A DNA stretch of 64,000 nt from the human T2T-CHM13v2.0 reference genome, Homo sapiens, in assembly GCF_009914755.1 (NCBI RefSeq), contig NC_060930.1; one strand, 5' to 3'. Shown one piece after another: positions 63,875 through 64,000 of the stretch (position 1 is its first letter; each line of letters starts with the position of its first letter). Made by a program: the position numbers and the translations under genes. The notes under the pieces were generated by a model, which saw nothing but the letters and a program-made list of their open reading frames with translations, ran no database searches and was not told the DNA's origin.

Positions 63875-64000
63875 GGTTTTGTCCATGGTTCCTGGCTCAT
63901 AATTCCCATAGCTTTTGATACAATCTTGATACAGACATAGCCTTTGATACACAGTTGTCATAACATGGTTGTCATAATGTTGGGGTGCTTACAGAATCTT
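61180..64000 (+). mobile_element. Decayed class III (ERV-L) provirus: LTR fragment, pol (RNase H, integrase, dUTPase), PPT and start of the 3' LTR
   Basis: Readable motifs WFVDGSS, SAWWAE, VFTDSWALANGL, HVNAH, CSVCQ, SWQV, LTEIDTGSG, SDQGT, LIEKWNGQLK and a dUTPase-like block; caagggaatggcc|TGTGATA at 63828. Confidence 0.88.
62443..62775 (+). mobile_element. Alu inserted in the ERV-L integrase
   Basis: ggccgggagcagtggctcacacctgtaa... followed by an A-rich tail. Confidence 0.95.

Overview
This window is human genomic DNA containing the complete VEGFA gene (vascular endothelial growth factor A, 6p21.1) on the + strand, with about 13.7 kb of upstream and 34 kb of downstream intergenic sequence. 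All eight exons are readable with canonical GT-AG junctions. The main ATG is at 14760, an in-frame upstream CUG at 14220, the stop at 28075-28077 and the distal ATTAAA at 29976. The well-studied regulatory layers are also visible: HRE, CTCF site, promoter G-quadruplex, uORF, exon 6 alternative donors, exon 8a/8b with readthrough, and 3'UTR CA/AU elements. The flanks are ordinary primate repeat-rich DNA (Alu, MIR, L2, L1, MaLR LTRs, hAT MITEs, and a decayed ERV-L provirus at the right end). Almost all entries in the ORF track are spurious. I see no new gene system, CRISPR array or RNA gene. The least explained signals are: (1) a ~500-bp patchwork at 54.3-54.8 kb stitched from four nearby templates; (2) a 134-bp, 98.5%-identical local duplication upstream of VEGFA with a doubled CCAAT box at its junction; (3) one L2-derived 38-39-bp hairpin unit amplified into arrays both in VEGFA intron 7 and 11 kb downstream, in opposite orientations; (4) a purine tract after exon 7 complementary to three pyrimidine tracts flanking exons 6-7; (5) an ERV-L pol relic with RNase H, integrase and dUTPase still readable. 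Repeat subfamily names, SNP identities and literature attributions are from memory and were not database-checked.
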